From: Candidatus Methanophaga sp. AG-394-G06
Lineage (GTDB): Archaea > Halobacteriota > Syntropharchaeia > Alkanophagales > Methanospirareceae
NCBI GenBank assembly: GCA_009903405.1
Contig: PRCZ01000001.1
Span: 55,612 to 119,611, forward strand
DNA length: 64,000 nucleotides
Direction: 5' to 3'
Below, piece by piece: positions 17,975 to 27,946 of the stretch; the first letter of the stretch is position 1; every line of letters starts with the position of its first letter. The notes under the pieces were generated by a model that made no database searches, had not been told where the DNA came from, and saw nothing but the letters and a program-made list of their open reading frames with translations. A program made the translations under genes and the position numbers.

Positions 17975-20407
17975 CTAAAATTCAATCTCCAGTTTCAAAC
18001 CATATTTCTCGGTTATAATATCCACTCCAGCATCGCCTGATTCTATCTTCGCCACATGTAATGTCGCTTTCAAATCAGTATATGACCCTTTTAACTGCTC
18101 TTTTGTCTCTTTATCGCATTTCAATAATATTCGACTTACCTGCGCATTCAAGGCCTTCTTGTTAAGTGTTTTATATTTCCTCACTGCCGAAATCACATCC
18201 ATTGTCTTATCGCCTATCTCCTCTGCTTCAGTGTCAATCATAGCATCATCCACTTCAGGCCATTTTGATATATGTATGCTTTTACAGTTCTCCTTATCCG
18301 CGAAATAAGTGTGGTATATCTCTTCTGTGATGTGGGGCTGTATGGGAGCCATCATTTTAAGCATCGCCAGTAATGAGACATAAAGCGTATATTGCGCACT
18401 CAGCTTCGCTTCTTCTCCACGCTCGGTATTATACAACCTGTCTTTCACAATCTCTAAATAGGAATCGCAGAAAGTATGCCAGAAGAAATTCTCCATGTCT
18501 TTCTTGACCGATGAGAATTCGTATGCATTGAAACTAGCCGTACAATCTCCGATCAGCCTATTCAATTTGGAAAGCAGCCATTTATCCATGAGCTCTAACT
18601 CACACTCGTTGTTCAAATCATAGCCTTCCAAATGCAGTAACGCAAATTTGGATGCATTCCATAATTTGTTCACGATTTTCACGCCGCGCCGTATCTCTTT
18701 CTCTTCATACGGTAAATCATCACCAAGCTTGGCTGAGCAAGCCCAGAACCGTAACGCATCGGCCGAATACCGTTCAATAACGCCCTGCGGCTGTATTACG
18801 TTACCTTTACTCTTGCTCATCTTCGCCTTCTTCGGGTCGAGGACGAAACCGTTGATTATAACATCCCTCCATGGGACTTGGTTCTCATGCAGCAGCCCCT
18901 TCACGACTGTATTGAAGAGCCAGAAAGTGATAATATCATGGCCATTGCTCCTCAACGACATTGGATATATCTTATTGAAAAATGCATCGTCCTCTTTCCA
19001 TTTAGTTGCAATTTGGGGCGTTAGTGATGAGGTGGCCCATGTATCTAGCACATCCGTTTCCGGTTTGAATCGTTCACAGCCACATTTTGGGCATTTCGCT
19101 ATCGGTGGTGCATCTGCTGTTGGGTCCACCGGCAAATCCTTATCGTCCGCAATCACTTCAAAATCGCATTCTTCACAGTACCAAACAGGGAATGGGATAC
19201 CATAGTACCTTTGCCTTGATATGCACCAGTCCCATTTTAAGCCTATTACCCAATTATCATATCTCGCCTTCATATACGGCGGATACCAGTTGAGCTCCGC
19301 ACTCGCATCGAGAAACCGATCCTTCAAGTCCAGATATTTTATGAACCACTGTTTTGTCATGATATATTCTACTGCTGTGCCGCATCGCTCATGCACATTA
19401 ACAGTATGAGTAATCTCCTTTTTACCCTTTAACAGCCCTTGTTCATCTAAATCAGCGACTATTTCAGTTCTCGCTTTCTTTATGCGCATACCCGCGTATT
19501 TCCCCGCCTCTTCTTTCATTCTTCCGTGTTCATCAATAACAGAAATCCAGGGTAAATTGTGCGTCTTCCACCATTCTACATCTGTGCTGTCTCCCGCAGT
19601 GCAGCACATCACGATTCCTGTCCCGCTCTCCGGATCCACCGCTTCATCTTCCATAATCGGGACTTCGAGCCCAAATAGCGGCACTTTCGCATTTTTACCG
19701 CGGTAGCTCTTATATCTTTCATCATCGGGATGATAGAAAACAGCCACGCAAGCGGGTAAAAGCTCGGGTCTTGTAGTAGAAATCAGCAAATCCGCGCCTT
19801 CTATCTTGAATGTTATGTCATAAAACGATGAAGGTAGGGTTTTATCTTCTGTCTCTACCTGAGCGATGGCCGTGCCGCATTTTGAACACCAAACGGTGGG
19901 TTCATGTTTCCTATATGCCCGTCCATTATTGTGAAGTAGAATAAAACTCCTTTGTGAGGTCTTTCTGCTCCATTTGTTAATCGTACGATATGTAATATCC
20001 CAATCTGGGCTTATACCCAAACTTTTCCAATCCTCGAGCATCCTCTGCGCCGCTATTTCGCTCTCCTTCAGACAGAGTTCAATAAATTCCTGCCTTGGCA
20101 TCTCCTCTGCCATCTTCCCTGTCTTCTTCTCAACATAAAGCTCAGTGGCAAGCCCATTATTGTCAAACCCGAAGGGATAGAATATGTTTTTGCCTTGCAT
20201 ACGCTGAAATCGCATTATTGTGTCCGCCTGGATGTATGCCATTGCATGTCCGATATGCATATTACCAGAAACCGTTGGTGGTGGCGTATCTAATGAATAA
20301 ATAGGATCATTACTTTCCGGATCGAACTTGTAAACGCCTTCTGTTTCCCAGAATACCTGCCATCGCCTTTCTGCTTCTTTTACCTCGTATCTTTTGGGGA
20401 TGTTCAT
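17975..20407 (-). CDS. valS: Valyl-tRNA synthetase
   Basis: Class I HIGH (DTPPPTVSGNMHIGH) and KMSKS (KMSKSKGN) motifs, CP1 editing insert, 810 aa. Confidence 0.8.
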   Translation of the reverse strand: MNIPKRYEVKEAERRWQVFWETEGVYKFDPESNDPIYSLDTPPPTVSGNMHIGHAMAYIQADTIMRFQRMQGKNIFYPFGFDNNGLATELYVEKKTGKMAEEMPRQEFIELCLKESEIAAQRMLEDWKSLGISPDWDITYRTINKWSRKTSQRSFILLHNNGRAYRKHEPTVWCSKCGTAIAQVETEDKTLPSSFYDITFKIEGADLLISTTRPELLPACVAVFYHPDDERYKSYRGKNAKVPLFGLEVPIMEDEAVDPESGTGIVMCCTAGDSTDVEWWKTHNLPWISVIDEHGRMKEEAGKYAGMRIKKARTEIVADLDEQGLLKGKKEITHTVNVHERCGTAVEYIMTKQWFIKYLDLKDRFLDASAELNWYPPYMKARYDNWVIGLKWDWCISRQRYYGIPFPVWYCEECDFEVIADDKDLPVDPTADAPPIAKCPKCGCERFKPETDVLDTWATSSLTPQIATKWKEDDAFFNKIYPMSLRSNGHDIITFWLFNTVVKGLLHENQVPWRDVIINGFVLDPKKAKMSKSKGNVIQPQGVIERYSADALRFWACSAKLGDDLPYEEKEIRRGVKIVNKLWNASKFALLHLEGYDLNNECELELMDKWLLSKLNRLIGDCTASFNAYEFSSVKKDMENFFWHTFCDSYLEIVKDRLYNTERGEEAKLSAQYTLYVSLLAMLKMMAPIQPHITEEIYHTYFADKENCKSIHISKWPEVDDAMIDTEAEEIGDKTMDVISAVRKYKTLNKKALNAQVSRILLKCDKETKEQLKGSYTDLKATLHVAKIESGDAGVDIITEKYGLKLEIEF

Positions 20408-20485
20408 TTCATTTCGTTCTACCGCTATGTATTGTATAGTTCATACTTTTTTTAAAAGGCTTTAGAGCATAAAATTAATATAAAT

Positions 20486-20929
20486 ATGATCCAGAAGATG
20501 GAACTAACGCAGATTGGGGTAATCCACACGCAGTATAAGACTCTGAGTGAGTGTCCCCGCCAAACGTGCAAATCGGAACAGATTGCCGAGATAGAAGTCT
20601 ATGACGACTACGTGGGTGGCTTAAAGGATGTAGAAGGTTTTTCGCATATCCTTATTCTATACTGGCTGCATAAAGCAACGGGGTACTCGCTTCTTGTAAG
20701 AACGCCCTGGGATGCTAAACCACATGGCTTATTTACCACGAGGTCGCCAAGAAGACCAAATCCAATTGGTATCTCTGTTGTTGAGTTAATAGAAAGAAGA
20801 GGGCACATTCTGAGGATTAAAGGAATCGATGCAATTGATGGCTCTCCGTTGATAGATATAAAACCCTATGTCCCGGAATTTAATGAAAAAGGGGCTGTGA
20901 AGATAGGCTGGCTTGAAGGGAAGGTTTAA
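20486..20929 (+). CDS. trmO: tRNA methyltransferase TrmO (TsaA/YaeB family)
   Basis: CPRQ, EGFSHILILYWLH, RSPRRPNPIGISVVELI, IDGSPLIDIKPYVPEF. Confidence 0.85.
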   Translation: MIQKMELTQIGVIHTQYKTLSECPRQTCKSEQIAEIEVYDDYVGGLKDVEGFSHILILYWLHKATGYSLLVRTPWDAKPHGLFTTRSPRRPNPIGISVVELIERRGHILRIKGIDAIDGSPLIDIKPYVPEFNEKGAVKIGWLEGKV

Positions 20930-21022
20930 ATCTTAAAGTTTTATATTTAAATAGATAAGGGTGTTAAACTATAGAGGATGTGAGTTTGAGATGGAAATAA
21001 AGGGGGGAAGAAAAAAGGGAAT

Positions 21023-21337
21023 ATGGAAGTAAGAAATGTTATATTCTCGGTTGTGATGGTCTTCTGCACTTTCGTGCTGACGTACAAATGGCTAAGCCGG
21101 TATGGGAATGACCCAGTGATTGTAACTTCTGCTGTGATACTAGCAGCAATGGTTGCGCTCTTGTTCTTAAGTGTAGACGCGAAATTAAAGAAGATAGAAG
21201 AGGAGATAAGCGAAAAGGAGCGGTCTTTACGGGTGAGTATGCAATCGGTGGAAGTGGAAGTGCGAGAGAAAGTAGACACTGCAACGAGGAAGATCGAGGA
21301 TGTGAGAGAATCGATAGTGAAGCGAGGATATAGGTAA
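21023..21337 (+). CDS. Membrane/coiled-coil hypothetical protein
   Basis: 104 aa: two hydrophobic helices then a charged heptad-like tail (KLKKIEEEISEKERSL...). Confidence 0.5.
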   Translation: MEVRNVIFSVVMVFCTFVLTYKWLSRYGNDPVIVTSAVILAAMVALLFLSVDAKLKKIEEEISEKERSLRVSMQSVEVEVREKVDTATRKIEDVRESIVKRGYR

Positions 21338-21345
21338 GATGGAAA

Positions 21346-21858
21346 ATGTGGCAAGAAATAATGGCGATGTTCGAGGGTTTACCATCGCAAAAGAAAGTTA
21401 TCGAACTATTATTGGCAAGAGGTTTTCAGGTAAGTCCTGAAGGTAAAGTTGCCTCGGGCGGGATTGATATACCACATACGCAGATAGCAAGTGAGATAGG
21501 CGTGGATAGGCGTGTAGTAGATATGACGATGAAACGGATACAGAAGGAGCCCGTGTTGACGAATGTATTTGAGAATATTCGCTCTATTGCGTTTCTTGTT
21601 GATGTTGCACCTTTGTTAGGGCTCAGCGTGGTTATAATCCATCCTATGGATGCGCGAGAACGTGGGATACTTAGCGATGTCGCTATGGTGATAGCGAAAC
21701 GGGGCTTTAGCATAAGACAGGCGGTTAGTGACGACCCTTATTTAACCGACGATCCGAAACTCACGATTATTACCGATAAAAATATACCTGGTGAATTAAT
21801 AGAAGAGATAGGGAAGCTAAAGAGTGTTAAAGGCGTGCAAATACATACGCCGTTATAA
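21346..21858 (+). CDS. Archaeal ACT-domain putative regulator of amino-acid metabolism (COG2150-like)
   Basis: N-terminal wHTH-like segment (QKKVIELLLARGFQV...HTQIASEIGVDRRVV) and C-terminal ACT-like fold. Family assignment is from memory. Confidence 0.5.
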   Translation: MWQEIMAMFEGLPSQKKVIELLLARGFQVSPEGKVASGGIDIPHTQIASEIGVDRRVVDMTMKRIQKEPVLTNVFENIRSIAFLVDVAPLLGLSVVIIHPMDARERGILSDVAMVIAKRGFSIRQAVSDDPYLTDDPKLTIITDKNIPGELIEEIGKLKSVKGVQIHTPL

Positions 21859-21898
21859 GATAAGTATCGAATTTCAAATGCAGTGTAAGGTAATTAAG

Positions 21899-23071
21899 AT
21901 GAAGCATAATGAAATGAAGTTTGGGATTATTCCTGATGAGGAGATTCAGGAAGGGAGAACCACAGACATATACTTCATCCGTACTGAGGAGGTGTTGAGA
22001 CAGAAAGGCGTGAACCCCAGGGTGGTAGCAGAGGTTATTATTACCGGTGGCGGATGGACAGTGCTGGCAGGTCTGGAGGAAGTGGCACATCTACTTGCGG
22101 GAAAGAATGTAAATGTGTATGCGATGCCAGAAGGCACGATTTTCTACCATTATGAGCCTGTTTTGCGAATTGAAGGTCGCTATTTGGAGTTTGCGAGATA
22201 CGAAACGCCGTTACTTGGGTTCCTATGTCATGAATCTGGGATAGCAACGAAAGCGGCGCGGATAACGCTCCTTGCGGGAGATGTTCCGGTCATTTCATTC
22301 GGTACGAGGCGGCAGCATCCGGCATTAGCGGCCATTATAGAGCGATGCGCATATCTCGGGGGTATGGATGGTGTGAGCAACGTTGCCGGTGCTGACCGGA
22401 TAGGACTAGAAGCAACAGGGACAATGCCGCATTCTCTAATTATCTGTTTTGGCGACCAGAAAGAGGCATGGCAGGCATTTGACGAAGTTATTGCGAAGAA
22501 AGTGCCACGAATATGCTTGTGCGACACTTATTATGACGAGAAGACAGAATCAATATTGGCGGCAGAAGCGCTTGGCGAGTCTTTACATGCTGTCCGTTTA
22601 GATACGCCCACTTCGAGGAAGGGCGATTTCAGACAGATCGTAGAGGAAGTAAGGTGGGAGCTTGACGTTAGGGGGTTTAGGGACGTAGGGATATTCATAA
22701 GTGGTGGCATAGATGAAGAGACCGTAGTCGAGTTGAGAGATGTCGTAGCCGGGTTTGGCGTTGGTACTAGCGTTTCAAATGCTAAGAGCATAGATCTCGC
22801 ACTGGATATAATAGAACGGGACGGAGAGCCATGTGCAAAGAGAGGTAAGCGAGGCGGGAAGAAACAGGTTTATAGAGGTTCCGGTACGATTAGAGCGGGT
22901 AATGACGTGATTAGATTGGCAAAAGAGGCCCCACCGAAAGATAAGGTGCCGCTACTACAACCGATGATACTTAATGGTAATATTGTAGCGGATTTTTCGT
23001 TTTCGTTGGAAGAAGCGAGGAAACTGGTGCAGGAGCAGTTAACAGTCATTGAGGGTGCATCTATCTCGTGA
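21899..23071 (+). CDS. pncB: Nicotinate phosphoribosyltransferase (archaeal type)
   Basis: TDIYFIRTEEVL, FGTRRQHP, GTMPHSLI, VRLDTP, ISGGID. ATG at 21899 chosen over the longer track ORF, which overlaps the upstream gene. Confidence 0.8.
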   Translation: MKHNEMKFGIIPDEEIQEGRTTDIYFIRTEEVLRQKGVNPRVVAEVIITGGGWTVLAGLEEVAHLLAGKNVNVYAMPEGTIFYHYEPVLRIEGRYLEFARYETPLLGFLCHESGIATKAARITLLAGDVPVISFGTRRQHPALAAIIERCAYLGGMDGVSNVAGADRIGLEATGTMPHSLIICFGDQKEAWQAFDEVIAKKVPRICLCDTYYDEKTESILAAEALGESLHAVRLDTPTSRKGDFRQIVEEVRWELDVRGFRDVGIFISGGIDEETVVELRDVVAGFGVGTSVSNAKSIDLALDIIERDGEPCAKRGKRGGKKQVYRGSGTIRAGNDVIRLAKEAPPKDKVPLLQPMILNGNIVADFSFSLEEARKLVQEQLTVIEGASIS

Positions 23072-23087
23072 TGGATTTTTCGATCGT

Positions 23088-23141
23088 AATTGCAAAATGC
23101 AAACTTTGACTTTTGCAGTTTGCATTTTAAATTTTGCAATT
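23088..23141. terminator. Nested inverted repeats built from TTTGCA units between convergent genes
   Basis: aaaatgcaaact (23094-23105) pairs with agtttgcatttt (23117-23128). The outer pair is aattgcaaaat (23088-23098) with attttgcaatt (23131-23141). Confidence 0.55.
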
Positions 23142-23163
23142 TAGTTGCCATTCATTGTATCAC

Positions 23164-24225
23164 CTACCCATGTAATTCCGACAATTCTTCTACATCTAAC
23201 CGATCCAGGAGCAGATAAAGGAGTCTCTTTTTGAAATTTGAGTATGCGTCCTTATTCGGCACTGCTATTGCTATCTTTCGATCTGAGAACTTTGGATAGG
23301 CAGCTTTAAAGACAGCACCCGTTTTCCCTAGCCATCTCGGCATTGCATCAGTTACAAAAACCACCGGAAAGTTCTTCCACTCCAGCGCCTCAAATCTCGA
23401 TAAGCTATCAACAATTACTATATGCACTGTGTCGTGCTCTAAACGCAGGACACTTGTAAGAAATAGAAATGAGTCATCCATCTCGAACCCGCTGAAATAT
23501 CCTGACGTCTCCTCTACTGTTTCGCTTTCTGGTATACCAAGAGTATCAGCAAGTCCTCGCCCTTTCATTCTCTCCCTTGCGCCCCTCACAAGTTCTCCTA
23601 TCTCCTTTTCAAGCTGTTTTTTCACGGGCCGATCTGCGAGTTCTTTCGCTTTCCACGCCCACATCCGCTCTTTTAATTCGCTTTTTTTCGCGTCACTCTG
23701 ATATAAATCGAGGAATTCCGTTTCATACTTTTCGCCATACACGCAGATTCTATCTCTGATCAATCGCTCTTCTACGGACTGAAAGACAGCAGGAGTGAAT
23801 ATCTCAGAAATATCAGTTTTTAGAATTTCATATTGCGTGGACCCGAGAAGGCCGTGCCTTCCCAGATTCAAAAGTAAGTATAGCGCTTTTAGTGTCGCTT
23901 TATCCTCTTCTTCCACCGCTTTTTCAAAATAAGCCAATAAATCGCCTGGCTGCGGTGAATATTCCGCGGCTAATTCATTGAAAATATCTTCATAGCCCGA
24001 CAAGCAAAGATATGCGTCGTGTGCCCCTACTTTCAGTATCTGTTTCATTATAAGCAATTTTAACAGATCCTTGCAGTCCTTTCCAGTCAGTGCATTGAAG
24101 TTCTTCACAAGCGCTTTTTCTGTTGTACATCCATCCATAAGATGAAATAGCCCTATCAGTGTCTTCACATCCTCCTTTTCCTTCACCAAACTCAAAATCG
24201 TGTTTTTATATTCTTCAAGAAGCAT
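23164..24225 (-). CDS. Hypothetical protein, start overlaps the ftsY stop by 11 nt
   Basis: 353 aa, acidic and helical. I recognise no motif. Last gene of a pfdA-ftsY-X co-directional run. Confidence 0.6.
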   Translation of the reverse strand: MLLEEYKNTILSLVKEKEDVKTLIGLFHLMDGCTTEKALVKNFNALTGKDCKDLLKLLIMKQILKVGAHDAYLCLSGYEDIFNELAAEYSPQPGDLLAYFEKAVEEEDKATLKALYLLLNLGRHGLLGSTQYEILKTDISEIFTPAVFQSVEERLIRDRICVYGEKYETEFLDLYQSDAKKSELKERMWAWKAKELADRPVKKQLEKEIGELVRGARERMKGRGLADTLGIPESETVEETSGYFSGFEMDDSFLFLTSVLRLEHDTVHIVIVDSLSRFEALEWKNFPVVFVTDAMPRWLGKTGAVFKAAYPKFSDRKIAIAVPNKDAYSNFKKRLLYLLLDRLDVEELSELHG

Positions 24226-25267
24226 TTCTTCTCTCTCCTCCGTTTTCGCCTAATAACCTATCTACGAGCCATACCGCATCAAACTCCACTAAATCATCAT
24301 AATCTTGACCTTTACCCAGGAACAGAATGGGTTTGGAAGTAGAATGAGCAATGGAAATAGCTGTTCCACCTTTCGCATCCACGTCCACCTTTGTCAATAT
24401 TGCGGCATCTATGCCTATATCTTCGTTAAACTTCTTCGCCCTTTCTACTGCATCGTTACCTGCAACAGCTTCATCCACAAATAGCACCATGTCCGGCTTG
24501 GTCACGCGGCAGATCTTCTTTAACTGCTCCATAAGATTTATGGATGTGTGCATCCTTCCTGCGGTATCTGCCAGAACCACATCTATCCCATTTGCACCCG
24601 CATATTTATTCGCGTCATATACTACTGCTGCTGGGTCTGAACCATATTGATGCTTAATCACTTTTACCCCCAGATTCGATGCATGTGTCTCTATCTGTTC
24701 TGCTGCCCCAGCCCTGTATGTATCGGCAGCCGCAATCACCACTGAATGACCGGTACCAAGTAATTTCTTCGCCACTTTCGCTATACTCGTGGTCTTACCC
24801 GTGCCGTTCACACCCACAAAAACGATAATTATGGGTTTTTTGCCCTTATCTACAAACGCATCAAAATCGAGTTCAGAATCAGCGGAAAAGACATTTAATA
24901 GCGCATTCCTTACCGCTTCTTCCACTAATACCTCTGTATCTGCACCCCATTTCCGTCTCTTACCTACTAATTCGCGTTTCACACTGACTTTTATCTCCTC
25001 GGCTACTGAGAACGCAACATCGCTCTCCAATAAAGCCATCTCCAGCCCTTCCAGCGGCTTTTCCAAATCCTTCTCATTCAAAATAGTCTCGCGATCTAAT
25101 ATCGCCTTACCTTTCTCCTTTAGCTTCGTCCCAATACCCTTTGTTACTTCCTCTTCTACTTCCTCTACCTTTTCTTCCTCTAGCTCTTCGCTCTCATCCT
25201 TCGCCTTTATCCGCTCCACTACGTTTTCGCGAAATTCGCCAATCTTCTTCCTTAGCCCATCAAACAT
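24215..25267 (-). CDS. ftsY: Signal recognition particle receptor FtsY
   Basis: SRP-GTPase NG domain: GVNGTGKTTSIAK, DTAGR, TKVD. Acidic N-terminus. Confidence 0.93.
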   Translation of the reverse strand: MFDGLRKKIGEFRENVVERIKAKDESEELEEEKVEEVEEEVTKGIGTKLKEKGKAILDRETILNEKDLEKPLEGLEMALLESDVAFSVAEEIKVSVKRELVGKRRKWGADTEVLVEEAVRNALLNVFSADSELDFDAFVDKGKKPIIIVFVGVNGTGKTTSIAKVAKKLLGTGHSVVIAAADTYRAGAAEQIETHASNLGVKVIKHQYGSDPAAVVYDANKYAGANGIDVVLADTAGRMHTSINLMEQLKKICRVTKPDMVLFVDEAVAGNDAVERAKKFNEDIGIDAAILTKVDVDAKGGTAISIAHSTSKPILFLGKGQDYDDLVEFDAVWLVDRLLGENGGERRNAS

Positions 25268-25333
25268 TTTTGCTCGCTTTTACTTGCTCTCCCTTCTCCC
25301 CTCTCTCTTCTCCCTTCTTATTCTCTCTCAAGT

Positions 25334-25804
25334 CTAACCTTGCCCGCCCGGTACAGAAGTGAGTTCTTGCAATCTTACCTGCGATTTCTGCGCCTCTTGC
25401 TCCATTTTTTGCAGTGCACCCGCCATCTCACGCTGTGTACCCTCTAATTGAGTCTTCTTTTCTGTGAGAAAGACAATCGAAGAATCCGGGTCTTTTTCGG
25501 CACTTATTCCCCCACCTATTGGGACTAAAATCGTATCTATATTGCTGACTGAGACATAGATCAGCGAGTTAGCCCCTATTGGTACCATAAGCTCGTCCCC
25601 CACTTTCAGATTCTTCAACTGTTTTATCGTCTCTATCGCCTTCTCATGCTCAGCTAATGCCTGCCCAACAAAGGACAACTCCTGAGTTATTGCCTCCGCC
25701 TGTGCCTGATACTGTCGCAATTGTAAAAGCAAAGATTGCGCCTCCGCCTGCATCTCTTGCTCCTTCCCAGTTACCCCTCTCGCTCTTTCCTCCATTTCTA
25801 TCAC
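25334..25804 (-). CDS. pfdA: Prefoldin alpha subunit
   Basis: Coiled coil - beta hairpins (ELMVPIGANSLIYVSV) - coiled coil. Canonical position upstream of ftsY. Confidence 0.8.
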   Translation of the reverse strand: MIEMEERARGVTGKEQEMQAEAQSLLLQLRQYQAQAEAITQELSFVGQALAEHEKAIETIKQLKNLKVGDELMVPIGANSLIYVSVSNIDTILVPIGGGISAEKDPDSSIVFLTEKKTQLEGTQREMAGALQKMEQEAQKSQVRLQELTSVPGGQG

Positions 25805-25844
25805 CTACAAGATTTATTACTTCTTTCATCCATATAAGAGAATA

Positions 25845-26249
25845 ATGAAGATAAAAGGCAGGAGTATTTCAAAGGGTACAGCCACAGGGAAAGTATTAAT
25901 ATCAAAGCAAAAGATCTCCTTCCTCGGTGCTGTGGACCCTCTCACAGGCATCATCGTAGATAAGTCACTAGACATCTATGGTAAGAACATAACGAATCGC
26001 ATTTTGATATTCCCGGGAGGTAAGGGCTCAACTGTTGGCTCTTATGTTATATACCAGCTAAAAAAGCACGGCAAGAGCCCTTGTGCCATGATTAATCGCC
26101 GTTCCGATACAATAGTGGCTGTTGGTGCGATCATAGCAGAGATACCAGTGGTTGACTCGCTTGAAATTGACCTGATCGAAGCTGAGCAGATAAAGGATGA
26201 CATGGAGGTGCTTGTGAATGGAACCGAAGGCTATATCGAATTACCATGA
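25845..26249 (+). CDS. DUF126 / aconitase-X swivel domain protein (possible phosphomevalonate dehydratase small subunit)
   Basis: GKVLISKQKISFLGAVDPLTGII, ILIFPGGKGSTVGSYVIYQL, 134 aa. Confidence 0.7.
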   Translation: MKIKGRSISKGTATGKVLISKQKISFLGAVDPLTGIIVDKSLDIYGKNITNRILIFPGGKGSTVGSYVIYQLKKHGKSPCAMINRRSDTIVAVGAIIAEIPVVDSLEIDLIEAEQIKDDMEVLVNGTEGYIELP

Positions 26250-27177
26250 AGCGACATTGGAAAAACAGGGATACCATTTTGTAGCGCCACACAAGCACAG
26301 TGCGGTGAAAACATGTTTATGGTTAAGGCGCTCTATTAGAGCGGAGGGAAACTGCTATAAGGGCAAATTTTACGGTATTAGTGCGCATAGATGTGTCCAG
26401 ATGACGCCTTGTATCTTCTGCAACCAGAGATGTATCCATTGCTGGCGCCCTCTTGAGGCGTTTAACATAGGGGAGGAGGCTGTTGCATGGGATACACCTT
26501 TAGAGATAGTCGAAGGCTGTATGAAAGAGCAACGTCGGCTCATTTCCGGATTCAAAGGCTCGTCTAAGACAAGCAAGGCCGCATTTGCAGAGGCAGAAGA
26601 GCCTAAACATGCTGCCATCTCACTCATTGGCGAGCCTACTTTGTATCCACATTTACAGGAGCTTATACAGGAATTCCATTCGCACGGGATGACCACTTTT
26701 GTGGTGACAAACGGTACGAATCCTGCTGTGCTGCGTGAGATACACCCGTCTCAATTGTATATATCTCTGAATGCACCCGATGAAGCAATTTACAAAAGGG
26801 TCGCACATGCAGACTATTGGGCCCAGATACAGGAATCGCTGGAAGTGATGAAAATGATGAAAGAGAGAACGGTGATAAGAATAACCGCTATGGCAGGGAT
26901 GAATATGGTAGATCCTGGAGGCTATGCGGAACTGTTAGAAACTGCAAATCCCGATTTCGTCGAGGTGAAGGCATACATGCACATTGGGTATTCAAGAAAG
27001 CGATTGAGTAGGGCGGTTATGCCCTCACATAGAGAGGTAAAAGAATTTGCAGGTGAAATTGCAGAGCACTTGACTGCCGCAGGATATAACTATAAGATTG
27101 TAGATGAATCAGAGATAAGTCGGGTGGTTCTTATATCAAACCTTTCTTCAGAAGTGAAAGCATTACCAAAGCTATGA
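26218..27177 (+). CDS. taw1: 4-demethylwyosine synthase Taw1 (TYW1, radical SAM)
   Basis: LEKQGYHFV, SAVKTCLW, CYKGKFYGI, and cluster motif CIFCNQRCIHCWR. Confidence 0.88.
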   Translation: MEPKAISNYHEATLEKQGYHFVAPHKHSAVKTCLWLRRSIRAEGNCYKGKFYGISAHRCVQMTPCIFCNQRCIHCWRPLEAFNIGEEAVAWDTPLEIVEGCMKEQRRLISGFKGSSKTSKAAFAEAEEPKHAAISLIGEPTLYPHLQELIQEFHSHGMTTFVVTNGTNPAVLREIHPSQLYISLNAPDEAIYKRVAHADYWAQIQESLEVMKMMKERTVIRITAMAGMNMVDPGGYAELLETANPDFVEVKAYMHIGYSRKRLSRAVMPSHREVKEFAGEIAEHLTAAGYNYKIVDESEISRVVLISNLSSEVKALPKL

Positions 27178-27210
27178 AGTCTTCTTTTCTTTATTTAGAT
27201 CGTTGTCTCG

Positions 27211-27738
27211 TCATTCCTGCACATGCTTCATTATATGCGCGAGCTCAGGCATGATTATCGAAGTTAATGCTAATCTAACAGCGTTGGGCGAGCCAGGCAG
27301 GCAGAAAATCACCTTCTGGGCTATTACACCGGCAATTGCACGACTCAATACCGCTGCGGTACCAACTTCATCATAACTTATCCGCCGGAAGAGCTCGCCA
27401 AAGCCCGAAATCTCTTTCTTCAGGAGCTTTGATACAACTTCTATTGTAATATCGTTCTTTGTCAATCCCGTACCGCCTGAGGTGATGATGAATTCGGCAT
27501 CGGAATTCAAAGCTTTTGTTACGCATTCGTGTATTTTGTCTTCCTTATCAGGCACGATGGTATAATAAACGACCTCATGACCGTTTCCGGTCACAAGCTC
27601 TTTTGCTATTTCACCTGATAAGTCCGCGACGTCCGTTTCTCCTTCTTCCTTCTTCCAGTATTTGGAAGTGCTTATAGTAATTATAGCACATTTGTATTGC
27701 TTCTTCGCACCTTTTTTATGCTTTGCTGGGGTTGACAT
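27211..27738 (-). CDS. moaB: Molybdopterin adenylyltransferase MoaB/MogA family
   Basis: ITISTSKY, ITSGGTGLTKNDITIE, CLPGSPNAV. Confidence 0.85.
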   Translation of the reverse strand: MSTPAKHKKGAKKQYKCAIITISTSKYWKKEEGETDVADLSGEIAKELVTGNGHEVVYYTIVPDKEDKIHECVTKALNSDAEFIITSGGTGLTKNDITIEVVSKLLKKEISGFGELFRRISYDEVGTAAVLSRAIAGVIAQKVIFCLPGSPNAVRLALTSIIMPELAHIMKHVQE

Positions 27739-27946
27739 TTTTTATTGTGTATATATAAATAAAGTATAATCTCTACCTATAAATTTAATTTAGGACGCAG
27801 ATTTACAGTGATTTGATTTCTCCTGCGTTAATCAGCGTTAATAATTAATTTTCGATTTAGTATAAAGTTAGGAATGATATTTTATTATTTTCCGGCTTAA
27901 ACTTAAATATTATATTATCATCACTTCAAATGCAGGTGCTTCAATA

